Shown: positions 49,040 to 59,085, counted from the first letter of the stretch. The stretch is 64,000 nucleotides of DNA from Gemmatimonadota bacterium (GCA_039588295.1 JBDHAB010000001.1:128001-192000), one strand, 5' to 3'. A program made the numbers and translations. The notes: generated by a model not told the origin, from the sequence alone.

Positions 49040-51796
49040 CTAGGACTTGGCCTCGAGCCAGTTGGGGCCAACTCCGATGTCGACGAGGAGCGGCACGGAC
49101 AACTCCGCGGCACCCACCATCTCCCGCCTCACGATCTCGCTCGTCTCGGTCACCTCGTCGACCGGCGACTCCAGCACCAACTCATCGTGCACCTGCAACA
49201 GAATGCCACTTGTCAGCCGTGCCTCCCAGAGGACCCGATCTATGTTGATCATCGCCCGCTTGATCAGATCGGCCGCGGAACCCTGCAGCGGTGAGTTCAT
49301 CGCCACACGTTCCCCGAACGTCCGGATGCTGTAGCTTCGGTCCTTTAACTCTGGGATGTAGCGCCGACGCCCGAACAGCGTTTCCACATACCCGTCCTCG
49401 CGGGCGCGCGCGATACAGTCATCGAGAAAACGGCGCACGCCCCGAAACCGCTCGAAATACCGGTCAATGAACTCCCGCGCTTCCTCCTGCGAGATGCTCA
49501 GCTGCCGGCTCAGCGCGAACGCTCCCTGCCCGTAGATCGTGGCGAAGTTGATCGTCTTGGCCTGAGCCCGCATCTCCGATGTCACGCCGTCGAGCGACAC
49601 GTCGAAAATGATGGCCGCCGTTTCGCGGTGAATGTCACCCCCACGTTGGAACGCATCGATGAATGCTTCGTCCTGAGACAGGTGGGCGAGCAGCCGAAGC
49701 TCGATCTGCGAATAATCAGCGACAACGAGCTGCGCACCGGACACCGGCACGAAACAGCGACGGATTTGTTCGCCCCGGGTTGTGCGAACCGGGATGTTTT
49801 GCAGGTTGGGTTCCGACGAGGACAGCCGACCCGTCGCCGCACCGGTCTGACTGAAATCCGTGTGGATTCGGCCCGTGGCCGGGTTCACGCGCTGTGGCAG
49901 CACATCCACGTACGTCGAGCACAGTTTCGCCAGCTCCCGATACGCCAGAAGCAGTCGGGGCAGCTCATGCCCCATGGCCGCGAGTTCGCTCAGCACATCC
50001 GCATCGGTCGAGGGTCCGGTCTTCGTCTTCTTGAGCACCGGCAGTCCCAGCTTTTCGAACAGCACGTGCCGTAGCTGGGGTGTGCTGTTGATGTTGAACT
50101 CCGTGCCCGCTGCGTCACGGATCGCCTTGCTGATCTCGTCCAGTTCCGCCCCGAACTGTTTGGAGAGCTCGCCCAGCAGCCCCGTGTCGACCGCGATGCC
50201 CCGCCACTCCATATCAGCCAACACTTCGATCAGCGGGAGCTCCAATTCCTCGAGCAACGCAAGGAGTTCCTGTTGCACGAGCTGGGGGCGGAAGCAGTCC
50301 TGAAGGGCGAGTACGGCAAGTGCTGCCTCGCCGCAGAATGCTGCTGTTTGCTCAGGCGAGACCTCGCCCAACGAACGACCCGACTTGCCCTTTCCGAGCA
50401 GGGCCTCGGACGACCGGAGCCGGGTGCCTAGGTGTTCCAGTGCGAGGTCCTCGAGCGCGTGTGACCGTCGCCCCGGGTCGAGCACGAAGCTTGCCAGCAT
50501 CGAGTCGAACTCGACGCCGGCGAACTCCACCCCCGCGCGACGAAATACGAGCCGCAGATGCTTCACATCATGCCCGGCCTTTCGGTGCCCCGCATCCTCC
50601 AGCAACTCGACAAGGGGGGCCATGCGTGGATCATTCAGTGGTGGAAGACCAACGTGCGCCTGCCCCCCGACCAGATCGCCCTGGGCCGGCTGATGTGCCA
50701 GCGGGAAGTACCATGCCCGCTCACCCAGCGACGCGAGCGCCAGGCCGACCAACTCACCTTGCAACGGATCCGGTCCGGTCGCTGCGACGGCGACGGCCGA
50801 GACCGCGCCGCCCCGTCCCGCTTCCACCACCGAGCCGATCTCGTCGACCCGCACGATGTGAACTGCCCGAGCGGGGGACGTCGGCGTCCGCGTCGCCCGG
50901 ACCTCCAGCTTCTGTTGGAGGGAGTGAAACTCGAGCTCTGCATACAACTCCCCGAGCGCTTCATCGTTGCGCGGCCGGGACCTGAACGCCTCGAGATCGA
51001 GGACCACGGGGACATCGCGGTGGATCGTTACCAGCTGGCGACTCAGCTGAGCGTTGTCTCCCTGTCCGAGCAGCGCTTCACGGGCACGCTTTCCCTTCAC
51101 TTCACCGGCGTGCGAGAGGATGGACTCGAGGTCGCCAAACGTCTCGATCAACGCACGCGCCGTCTTGTCGCCAATCCCCCGAACACCCGGCACGTTGTCG
51201 GAGGAGTCACCCACGAGCGCCAGGTAGTCGATCACCTGTTCCGGCGGAACGCCGAGTCGTTCGTGGGCGTTCGAGCGATCGACCCAGTGCTCCTCCACCC
51301 CGCCAGGTCCCCGGCGTCCCGGGTTCAAGAGCGAGACACGGGGGCCAATGAGCTGATAGAAATCTTTGTCACCCGACACAATCACGACGTCGATGCCGGC
51401 GTCGGCCCCCTGCGTCGCCAGCGTGCCAATCACGTCGTCGGCCTCGTACCCGTCGACCGTCACGAGCGAGACGGAGAAACGCCGTAGTAGCTCCTCGATC
51501 CGTTCGACCGAACGATCGAAGTCCTCTTGCAGCTCGTCGTCGAGCTTCTCGCGGGTTGCTTTGTAGTCGGCGAACACCTCGGTGCGGAAGGACGTCCCCG
51601 CGTCATGCACCCACGCGACGTATTGGGGGTCGTGCTCGGCAAAAAGCCGATGGAGGAAGTTGGCGACCCCCCACGCGGCAGAGGTGTTCTCACCACGACT
51701 GGTCCGGAGCGGGCGGCTGATCATCGCGAAGAACGCCCGGTAGATCAGGGCGTAGCCGTCGATGAGGAAGAGTCTGGGCAACGAGCCCTGCGGCAT
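49040..51796 (-). CDS. polA: DNA polymerase I
   Basis: 5'-3' exonuclease motifs LIDGYALIYRAF and GDSSDNVPG. Polymerase motifs DYSQIELR, AKTINFATIYG, QVHDEL. Confidence 0.97.
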   Translation of the reverse strand: MPQGSLPRLFLIDGYALIYRAFFAMISRPLRTSRGENTSAAWGVANFLHRLFAEHDPQYVAWVHDAGTSFRTEVFADYKATREKLDDELQEDFDRSVERIEELLRRFSVSLVTVDGYEADDVIGTLATQGADAGIDVVIVSGDKDFYQLIGPRVSLLNPGRRGPGGVEEHWVDRSNAHERLGVPPEQVIDYLALVGDSSDNVPGVRGIGDKTARALIETFGDLESILSHAGEVKGKRAREALLGQGDNAQLSRQLVTIHRDVPVVLDLEAFRSRPRNDEALGELYAELEFHSLQQKLEVRATRTPTSPARAVHIVRVDEIGSVVEAGRGGAVSAVAVAATGPDPLQGELVGLALASLGERAWYFPLAHQPAQGDLVGGQAHVGLPPLNDPRMAPLVELLEDAGHRKAGHDVKHLRLVFRRAGVEFAGVEFDSMLASFVLDPGRRSHALEDLALEHLGTRLRSSEALLGKGKSGRSLGEVSPEQTAAFCGEAALAVLALQDCFRPQLVQQELLALLEELELPLIEVLADMEWRGIAVDTGLLGELSKQFGAELDEISKAIRDAAGTEFNINSTPQLRHVLFEKLGLPVLKKTKTGPSTDADVLSELAAMGHELPRLLLAYRELAKLCSTYVDVLPQRVNPATGRIHTDFSQTGAATGRLSSSEPNLQNIPVRTTRGEQIRRCFVPVSGAQLVVADYSQIELRLLAHLSQDEAFIDAFQRGGDIHRETAAIIFDVSLDGVTSEMRAQAKTINFATIYGQGAFALSRQLSISQEEAREFIDRYFERFRGVRRFLDDCIARAREDGYVETLFGRRRYIPELKDRSYSIRTFGERVAMNSPLQGSAADLIKRAMINIDRVLWEARLTSGILLQVHDELVLESPVDEVTETSEIVRREMVGAAELSVPLLVDIGVGPNWLEAKS

Positions 51797-51834
51797 GCGG
51801 GTGAAGATAGTGCGTGGAGCCTAGGCGTGCGTGG

Positions 51835-52380
51835 CTACTGGAACCATGCCACGGTTGCCGCGACCGCCGGTGCGACGACGAGGTTGTCATCCACCGGTGC
51901 CACCCAGCGTTCGACGGCGGTCGCCACCGCAGCAGCGCCCACCACCAGGGACCACGGAACGCCGCACGCCGCCAGGACGGCTGCGGCCACGACCAGGTGC
52001 GCGGCGCTGCCTCGCCACGTCTTCCCGCGGCGAGCTGGTGCGGTGGACCCAATCCAGGACGCCGCCGGATCGGCGGTAGCGCTCACGAGAATACCGGCGA
52101 CCGACGCTGGCGGCGCAAACAACGCCGCCAGCGCATACCCGACCGCGAGCCACATGGCGCCGCTGGGTCGCTCTCCCTCGGCCGCCCGGTAGACGGGCAC
52201 GGCAGACATCAGCGCTCGCCCGATCCGCGGCACCCGGAGGCGCACCGCTTCCACCACGACGGCCAGCAGGGCGGCACCGAAAATCACGTTGCGGCAAACA
52301 GTCCACGACATCCACGGAACAAGCAGCAGCACGGCCGCGCTCGCGGTATGTAGCGTTCGGCGCAACACTCCGTCGGTCAC
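51835..52380 (-). CDS. phytol/dolichol kinase-like membrane protein
   Basis: Motifs RRTLH, ADPAASWIG, GKTWRGS, DDNL. GTG overlaps the upstream stop. Confidence 0.75.
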   Translation of the reverse strand: MTDGVLRRTLHTASAAVLLLVPWMSWTVCRNVIFGAALLAVVVEAVRLRVPRIGRALMSAVPVYRAAEGERPSGAMWLAVGYALAALFAPPASVAGILVSATADPAASWIGSTAPARRGKTWRGSAAHLVVAAAVLAACGVPWSLVVGAAAVATAVERWVAPVDDNLVVAPAVAATVAWFQ

Positions 52381-54581
52381 CGTCCGCCGCCAGCGGGCGC
52401 AGGCGCGGGTGGGTAGAGCCCGCGATACAACGACCAGTTCCGCAGCACCGAGCGCAGATACCCTCGCGTCTCTACGTAGGGGATGCGCTCGACGAACCGC
52501 GCGGGGTCCTTCGCTTCCGGGTATCGAAGCCAACGGGCTACCGGCGTACCACCCGCGTTGTAGGCCGCAAGTGCTGCGATGACGTCGCCGTCGTACATGC
52601 GCAGCAGCGCAGCCAGGTGCGCGGCCCCAAGGTGGAGATTCGCACCCGCCGTCGTGAGGAGCCGGGGGTCCCACTCGATCCCGTGGCGGCGCGCAAGCCC
52701 CCGCGCCGTTGCCGGCATCAGCTGCATCAACCCGCGAGCGCCGGCCCGAGACACCACCTGGGGGCGGAAGTTCGACTCTTGGCGAATCAGGGCCGCGAGC
52801 AAGTGAGGGTCGACATCGTGCTCGGCTGCCTCTTCCTCGATGAGAGCACGCAAGGGCCACGGGAACACAACCCGTAGCACGTGCTCGTCGTTCAGCGTGC
52901 GGAGTCGGGAGGCGCGCCAGCCAAGTGTCACACCTTCCTGCACCCACCCACGGTCGATCAGGCCTTCCGCCAGCGCGAGTGCCTCGTCGGCAGGCATCTC
53001 ACGGCGCGCCATCTGACGTTGCACCACCTCGTCCGCCTCTTCGCGAAGCGAGGCTTCCGTCAGCAGGTCTAGGCGGCGCAGCGTCACCGCCACCGCCGGC
53101 ATCGCTCGTCGCTCGCCGCGGACCGCGAAGTTCGGCTCGGTAATCCCCGCCGCGCCACGGGCAATCGTCCCGTAGTATCCCAGCGAGTCTACCGTGGCGA
53201 GTCTCGTCCACACCACCAACGCGCTGGCCGTGTCACCCGACGCTGCCTGCAGTTGCGCCAGGAAGAACCGCGCCGCCCGAGTCTCGGTAGTACCGCTTTC
53301 CACCTCAGCCCGATACCATCCGATCGCGCCGGCGGTATCACCGCGAGCGAGCGCGGACGACGCGAGCGCCATACGCGCGCGACCCGCGTAGGTGGCTGTC
53401 GGCCAACGTTGCGAAACGGTCACGTACACGCTGTCCGCCGTGGATGCGCGACCGGAACGGCCGTGCCAACTGGCCACCAGGTACAACGTGAGCGGTGCGT
53501 TGGCGTGGCCTGGGTACCGATCGGCGAACTCGGCGAGGGCGGCATAGCCCTCCGCGGCCCGGCCGACCCGCGACAGCGCCCTCGCGCGGCGGTACGCGGC
53601 CAGCATCCCGTCCGCGCCGCCGCGCGTGGCGGCACGAGCGTAGACATCCACCGCCTCACGCGTCTTGCCGCTGCCCGACAGCAGATCGCCAATGCGCCGC
53701 AAGGTAGCACCGGAGGAATCGCCGGCTTCCGCCAGTTGCCGTAGCGCCTGCAGGGCCATTTCCGCATCGCCGGTGCGCCGGTAGGCGTTTGCCACCCAAT
53801 AGGTCTCGTCAGGCGAGCGAGGGGGAAACGCCGCTTCCACATGGGCGAGACTGGCCTGCACCACGGGCCCGTCCGCTGCGCCAATGCCTTCGTAGGCAAA
53901 CCGCCGCGCCGCCAGCGTGTCGCCGACCGCGAGGGCGAGGTCGGTTGCGAGAGTCCACTCTTCGGCGCGGCCGTGCGCCGTCATGGCCCGTGTCGAGTCA
54001 CCAGCGTCCAGGAAGACCTGTGCGCGAACACGCGAGGCGAACCGCTCGGCCTCCGGGGGCGTGCGACGCAAGAGGTCGAGGGCTCGAATGGGCTCGTCGA
54101 CTACCCGTGCCTCTCGCACCGCCAACCAGTCTGCAATCGGCACAAGCAACCCGGCGGCAGCCCGATAGTGCGACGCTGCGCGGGCATGGTCCTCTGCTCG
54201 CTCAAACGCATCCCCCGCGCGCGCCGCGAGAATACCGCGTTCGCGCCCCTCGGTGAACTCGGTCGCCCGCGAGAAGAGCCGTCCTGCGACCTCGAACTGC
54301 GCCAAGTGGTACTCGGCAGTTCCGAGCAGCGTCAATGCAACGACGTTGGCAGAGTCGGACGAAACGATCGGCAGAAGAATGGCGCGTGCCCGTCCCGGCC
54401 GATTCAGCGCCAACTCCGCCCGCGCCAAGTCCATTGCTGGGCCCACGGGCGCTTGATCCGCCGCGACCGTGTCCCGCAGTCGCGCGACCGAGTGCCATGA
54501 CGCATTCGAGTAATCCGCGAACGGCGGTGTGGCCTGGGACCACGCGGACTTCGAGACCCCAAGGAGACCTACGGCTGCCAA
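52377..54581 (-). CDS. soluble lytic transglycosylase (Slt-type) with TPR-like repeats
   Basis: Motifs IRQESNF, GLMQLMP, AYNAG, IPYVETRGY. Long helical N-terminal region. Confidence 0.92.
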   Translation of the reverse strand: MAAVGLLGVSKSAWSQATPPFADYSNASWHSVARLRDTVAADQAPVGPAMDLARAELALNRPGRARAILLPIVSSDSANVVALTLLGTAEYHLAQFEVAGRLFSRATEFTEGRERGILAARAGDAFERAEDHARAASHYRAAAGLLVPIADWLAVREARVVDEPIRALDLLRRTPPEAERFASRVRAQVFLDAGDSTRAMTAHGRAEEWTLATDLALAVGDTLAARRFAYEGIGAADGPVVQASLAHVEAAFPPRSPDETYWVANAYRRTGDAEMALQALRQLAEAGDSSGATLRRIGDLLSGSGKTREAVDVYARAATRGGADGMLAAYRRARALSRVGRAAEGYAALAEFADRYPGHANAPLTLYLVASWHGRSGRASTADSVYVTVSQRWPTATYAGRARMALASSALARGDTAGAIGWYRAEVESGTTETRAARFFLAQLQAASGDTASALVVWTRLATVDSLGYYGTIARGAAGITEPNFAVRGERRAMPAVAVTLRRLDLLTEASLREEADEVVQRQMARREMPADEALALAEGLIDRGWVQEGVTLGWRASRLRTLNDEHVLRVVFPWPLRALIEEEAAEHDVDPHLLAALIRQESNFRPQVVSRAGARGLMQLMPATARGLARRHGIEWDPRLLTTAGANLHLGAAHLAALLRMYDGDVIAALAAYNAGGTPVARWLRYPEAKDPARFVERIPYVETRGYLRSVLRNWSLYRGLYPPAPAPAGGGR

Positions 54582-54605
54582 CAGAACGGGGAGGCGCCTC
54601 AGGAC

Positions 54606-55991
54606 TCAGCCACCCCGGCGAATGCGGCCCAGTACCTGCTGATACTCGGATCGCGAGTACGAGGTGAGACGGAAGCGTCCAAAGCCCGTGTCGTCGACGA
54701 AATCCAACACCAACCGGTCGGCGATGTACGTCCAGCGGATGATCCGCTGACCGCTGCGATCCTGCAGGTCCGAGCTGGAGTCGAAGATCTCGTCGGGGGG
54801 GCCAATCGTGATGAAGACTTCGCCCCGATCCGTCAGCCATCCGGGCTCGCCGCCTTCCTGGAACGCCCGGTTCGCCTCTTGCAGCCGACGGAAGTACACC
54901 TCGAGCGCCTCATGCTCCTGGGTCTGGGGATTCGGGTCGGTTGCCTTCCAAAAGGCCGCCCAGAGACCGGGCCGCTCTTCCGGCGGGGCGGCGCGAAGTT
55001 CCTCCAAGGCTTGTTCGGACCCGAAGTGCTTCAGGAGGAACAGTGTTTCGTCGAAGTTGGCAACGACCCACTGTTCGGAGAAACTGACGAGGGCGACCGT
55101 TCGCACGGAATCCTCTCCGCCCGAGACGAACGCTTCGACGAGCAGCACGCCAATGGGAAGCTGTTCCGGCGCCACCGGAATGACGAACCCACGAAAGGAG
55201 GCGGGCGGTTCCACCGTCAGCGTATCGCGCCAAACCTCCACCGGCGCCGCCTCGCGCGACACCGCCCGCAGCACAACCGCTCGTCCCGGTGGCACGCCAT
55301 AGGCCTCGAGATAGAGTCGCAGCGTGTCGGAGCCGTAGGGAACGGTCGCCCTCGGATTGAGAACGAGGTCCGGGACTCCGGAGCGGTCGTTTCGGCCCGC
55401 TGCCTCATAGACGGGAATCACCGACGAGAGGGAGACGTCAGCTCCGTACGTCGGAATCTCGACCGGCCCTTGTACGCGCCCGAAGTTCGTGCCGTTACGG
55501 TCGCGCACCGAGATCGTGAGTTCGAGGGGACCGGGGGGAAGCGTGACGAATCGCTGATACACCACGCTCTCATCGGCCCGTTGCGTCTCGGCAAAGCTGG
55601 CAACCCGCACCGCTTCGTTTTGGGCCGACTGGTGGACGATCCTCCCGTCGCGGCGCAACGAGAACTCGACGCGATAGCGCCCCTCAAAAATTGAACCGGC
55701 ACGGCGGAACGAGAGCGCGCGGTTCGCCAGGGACACGCCGAACACCGCCATCGTGGAGTCAGCGCCTTCCGTTGCGAGGAAGCGGACGCCCGCGATAAAC
55801 GGCAGCGGTTCACCGGCCGCGAAGAGGCCCATGTCGGCATACACGGACGCCGCATCGAAGAGCCGCGGGACGAGGCGACCGGGGTCCGGGCCGGGGTCGG
55901 TGCCCACCCGCTGCCAGGGCCCACAGGCCGACACCAAGGCCACCCATGCCAGCACCAACATGCCGCACCAACTCGACGGCCGATAGCTCAT
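54606..55991 (-). CDS. GWxTD domain-containing lipoprotein
   Basis: GWLTDRGEVFITIGPP and FWKATDP. Lipobox VSAC. ATG at 55991. Confidence 0.88.
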   Translation of the reverse strand: MSYRPSSWCGMLVLAWVALVSACGPWQRVGTDPGPDPGRLVPRLFDAASVYADMGLFAAGEPLPFIAGVRFLATEGADSTMAVFGVSLANRALSFRRAGSIFEGRYRVEFSLRRDGRIVHQSAQNEAVRVASFAETQRADESVVYQRFVTLPPGPLELTISVRDRNGTNFGRVQGPVEIPTYGADVSLSSVIPVYEAAGRNDRSGVPDLVLNPRATVPYGSDTLRLYLEAYGVPPGRAVVLRAVSREAAPVEVWRDTLTVEPPASFRGFVIPVAPEQLPIGVLLVEAFVSGGEDSVRTVALVSFSEQWVVANFDETLFLLKHFGSEQALEELRAAPPEERPGLWAAFWKATDPNPQTQEHEALEVYFRRLQEANRAFQEGGEPGWLTDRGEVFITIGPPDEIFDSSSDLQDRSGQRIIRWTYIADRLVLDFVDDTGFGRFRLTSYSRSEYQQVLGRIRRGG

Positions 55992-56066
55992 GATCGAGGT
56001 CGTTCTTGCCCTTCCTTTTGGTCTGACTTGCCCGGCCTCTCGTGCAACGCTTACTTTCGCCACCCC

Positions 56067-57017
56067 ATGCCTCACGAGAATCTCACCGGGCGCACCGTCG
56101 CTGGCTACCGACTCCTGGATCGCGTGGGCGAAGGCGGTACCGCAACCGTCTATCGCGCCGAACACCCCGGTCGCGGGGTCTGCGCGGTCAAGATCCTCCG
56201 CGAACGGATGCGCAATGACGTCACTGCCGTCAAGCGCTTCCTCCGTGAGGCGGGGTACGGTTCGCGCGTGCAGCATCCCGCCGTGGTCGGCACCTACGAC
56301 TATGGCGAAGAGGAGAGCCTCTATTACCTGGCGCTGGAATGGGCCGACGGCGAGGCTCTCTCAGAGTTCGTACACCGGTCTGGTCGCTTGGCTCCGTCAC
56401 TCACCGCCCACGTGATTTCACAGCTCGCCGGCGGCCTGACGGCGTCGCACGCCGAGGGCATCATTCACCGTGACCTGAAGCCGGAGAACATCATCTACAA
56501 CCCGGAACAGCGAACGGTGAAGCTCCTGGACTTCGGGATCGCACGCGATGCCCAGGTTGACTCCGCGGAGCGGCTGACACGGACGGGCTTCTTCGTCGGC
56601 ACGCTCAACTACGTCGCACCGGAGGCGCTGTCGGGAGAGCTGGTCGACGAAGCCGCCGACATCTACAGCCTCGCGACGATTACCTACTACCTGCTCACCG
56701 GCGACCATCCGTATACCGGCAACTCACCGCGCGAGCTATTTCAGCAACTGCTGACGCAAGATCCCAGACCCCTCAGCGAGGCGGTCCAAGGCGTGCGGTT
56801 CTCCAAACGCCTCGAAGACGCGGTCATGCGCGGGCTGGCAAGGGACCCCAAGGACCGACAGCCTTCGGTCACGGCTTTCGCCGACGAAGTTGCGGCGGCG
56901 GCGGCGGACGGGGACGATACCTCCCCTCTCCCGCCCGCTGAGGATTCGGGCCCGGCCAACGGTATGTTCGGAAAGGTCCGATCACTGTTTCGCGGCCGCA
57001 GCAAGGACCGGGGATAG
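56067..57017 (+). CDS. Hanks-type Ser/Thr protein kinase (soluble)
   Basis: Motifs VGEGGTA, AVK, HRDLKPEN, DFG, GTLNYVAPE. Confidence 0.93.
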   Translation: MPHENLTGRTVAGYRLLDRVGEGGTATVYRAEHPGRGVCAVKILRERMRNDVTAVKRFLREAGYGSRVQHPAVVGTYDYGEEESLYYLALEWADGEALSEFVHRSGRLAPSLTAHVISQLAGGLTASHAEGIIHRDLKPENIIYNPEQRTVKLLDFGIARDAQVDSAERLTRTGFFVGTLNYVAPEALSGELVDEAADIYSLATITYYLLTGDHPYTGNSPRELFQQLLTQDPRPLSEAVQGVRFSKRLEDAVMRGLARDPKDRQPSVTAFADEVAAAAADGDDTSPLPPAEDSGPANGMFGKVRSLFRGRSKDRG

Positions 57018-57039
57018 TAGTTGTATTTACAACTACTAT
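57014..57039. promoter_or_regulatory. perfect AT-rich inverted repeat (12-bp arms)
   Basis: ATAGTAGTTGTA-TT-TACAACTACTAT. Confidence 0.6.
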
Positions 57040-57053
57040 GACATCCGTTACGC

Positions 57054-57632
57054 ATGCGTAACGCGCACCCCGGCTCACGCCCTGCCCTCGCCGGGCTCCT
57101 CAGAAGCCGTTCCGTAACGGTTGGGTCCTTTACACTGGCCTCCGGCCGCCACTCCAGCTACTACATCGATGCACGCCGGACTACGATGTCCGCGGAGGGC
57201 CTGCACCTCATCGGGGAACTCGGGTTGCGGACCCTCCGAGACGCCAGCTGGAAGCCAACGGCCGTCGGAGGCTTGACGCTCGGGGCCGATCCGGTCGCCT
57301 ATGCCATCGCCCAGGCGAGCCGCGCGAACCCGCCGGTGGTCGACGCTTTTACGGTGCGAAAAGAGGTCAAGGCACACGGTGCCAAGCGACAAGTCGAGGG
57401 TTGCTTTGCTCCCGGTGCCACGGTGGTCATTGTTGAGGATGTCGTGACCACCGGCCAGTCTGCCCTCAGCGCAGTTGAGGCCGTACGTGCAAGCCAAGGA
57501 CGGGTGCTGGGTGTGCTCGCAGTGGTGGATCGCGAAGAAGGCGGCCGCGACCTCATTGAGCGGTTCGGCCTCACCCTTCACACGCTGGTCACGCTGCGTG
57601 ACCTCGACCTCCCTCCGGAGCCGTCAGCCTAG
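57054..57632 (+). CDS. pyrE: orotate phosphoribosyltransferase
   Basis: Motifs FTLASGRHSSYYID, RKEVKAHG, and PRPP motif VIVEDVVTTG. Confidence 0.95.
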   Translation: MRNAHPGSRPALAGLLRSRSVTVGSFTLASGRHSSYYIDARRTTMSAEGLHLIGELGLRTLRDASWKPTAVGGLTLGADPVAYAIAQASRANPPVVDAFTVRKEVKAHGAKRQVEGCFAPGATVVIVEDVVTTGQSALSAVEAVRASQGRVLGVLAVVDREEGGRDLIERFGLTLHTLVTLRDLDLPPEPSA

Positions 57633-57671
57633 GGTCAGACGCGCCTGACCATCTCCCGGTACCGATTCGGG

Positions 57672-58529
57672 TCACAGTCGTACCTGTCCGAGGTCCGCCA
57701 CCCCGTTTGCGAGTGGGCGAAAGGTACGAAGCTGGCCGCGATGGGGAACGATCAGGCGCGCCACGAGGTCGTCCAGCGCCGATTCAAACGAGACGCGTCT
57801 GCGAAACTCGCCGGCGGTCATCCCCAGCACCGTGCGAAGGTGTCGCCCCATACTCTGTGGGGATGAGTACTCCAGCCGATAGGCCACGTCCGCAATCGAG
57901 AGGCCTGGCGATTCGAGAAGGCCTGCGGCGTATGTGAGGCGCACGGCACCCAAATACCGCTTCGGGGACGGCACGTCGGCACGGAAGAACCGAGACATCA
58001 GGGTGCTCGGACCGACACCCAGCCGACGGGCAAGTCCCCGCACCGTCGGGACCGTGGGCGCCAGGCGTACGAGGAACTCGAAGAACCGTCGACACTCCGG
58101 GGTCGCCTCTCCGAGCGCCGGCACAACGCGCGCGAGGATGCGAGCCGCAGCTGGACTGGCCGCATCAGCGACCAGCCGGCGAAGCTGCTGCCAGCCCGCT
58201 CGAGCGCGCAGATCGACAACCCGACGGACTCCACAGGCACCCAGGTCTAGCAGCCGCTCGCTGGCTGCAGGATCGTGACCGGCCAGCAAGGCCACCGTCC
58301 GTACTCCGGGGAATCCTTGCACGAGCGACACCACGCCCGGCAGCTGGTTTGGCGTGACCACGCCGGGCGAGAGCAGGACAGCGTGCACTGGCCGCTCGCG
58401 AACCGCATGCAGGGCTTGGCGAACCGTTTCCGCGTGGACCGATCGGAACTGGCCGTGGGCGGCGGCATCAATCCGCTGCCGGTGTGGCGGTTCGAGTACG
58501 GTGGCAACCACCGGCGCCCCTCTGGTCAT
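57672..58529 (-). CDS. AraC-family HTH regulator
   Basis: C-terminal dual HTH (LARRLGVGPSTL; SIADVAYRLEYSSPQSMGRHLR...TAGEFRR). Confidence 0.85.
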   Translation of the reverse strand: MTRGAPVVATVLEPPHRQRIDAAAHGQFRSVHAETVRQALHAVRERPVHAVLLSPGVVTPNQLPGVVSLVQGFPGVRTVALLAGHDPAASERLLDLGACGVRRVVDLRARAGWQQLRRLVADAASPAAARILARVVPALGEATPECRRFFEFLVRLAPTVPTVRGLARRLGVGPSTLMSRFFRADVPSPKRYLGAVRLTYAAGLLESPGLSIADVAYRLEYSSPQSMGRHLRTVLGMTAGEFRRRVSFESALDDLVARLIVPHRGQLRTFRPLANGVADLGQVRL

Positions 58530-58626
58530 TGCAGCACCCTCCAACACGTGCGTTGGCCCGCACGTTGGCAGCCGACCGTCAACACCCGGTCAAATCCGAG
58601 CTGGGCGCTCGCAACCGGAGCGCTCT

Positions 58627-58655
58627 TTGGCACCACCCCCTCGGTTCGCTATCTT
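58627..58655 (+). promoter_or_regulatory. sigma70-type promoter of rnpB
   Basis: TTGGCA (58627-58632), a 17-bp spacer, and TATCTT (58650-58655), about 12 bp before the RNA. Confidence 0.55.
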
Positions 58656-58667
58656 GTACAGCCAAGG

Positions 58668-59035
58668 GGGGTGGTGGAGCGTGACGGTCGCAGCTCCCCT
58701 TTGTGCGGGCTGAGGAAAGTCCGAGCTCCGAGGGCAGACTGCCAGGTAACGCCTGGGCGCCGTAAGGCGACGGAAAGGGCCACAGAAAACAAACCGCCCA
58801 CCCCCAGGGGTTGGGTAAGGGTGAAACGGTGGGGTAAGAGCCCACCGCGTGACTGGTAACAGTCACGGCGCGGCAACCCCCAGTCGGAGCAAGGCCAAAT
58901 AGGCGGCGAGGTCCAGCCCAGACCGCGTGAGCCGCGGGTAGGCCGCTCGAGGTGACGGGTGACCGCCACCCCAGATAGATGACCGTCCGGCGTTGACAGC
59001 GCTGAACAGAACTCGGCTTACGGCTTCACCACCCC
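58668..59035 (+). ncRNA. rnpB: RNase P RNA (bacterial class A)
   Basis: Conserved GAGGAAAGTCC, GGGTGAAACGGTGGGGTAAGAGCCCACCG, GGAGCAAGGCCAAATAG and AACAGAACTCGGCTTAC. The terminal P1 helix is GGGGTGGTGGAGC/GCTTCACCACCCC. Confidence 0.97.
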
Positions 59036-59085
59036 TGACCTCGTTGATCTATTGACCCTGGTACCGGAGTAGCCCCCCTCGCGTC

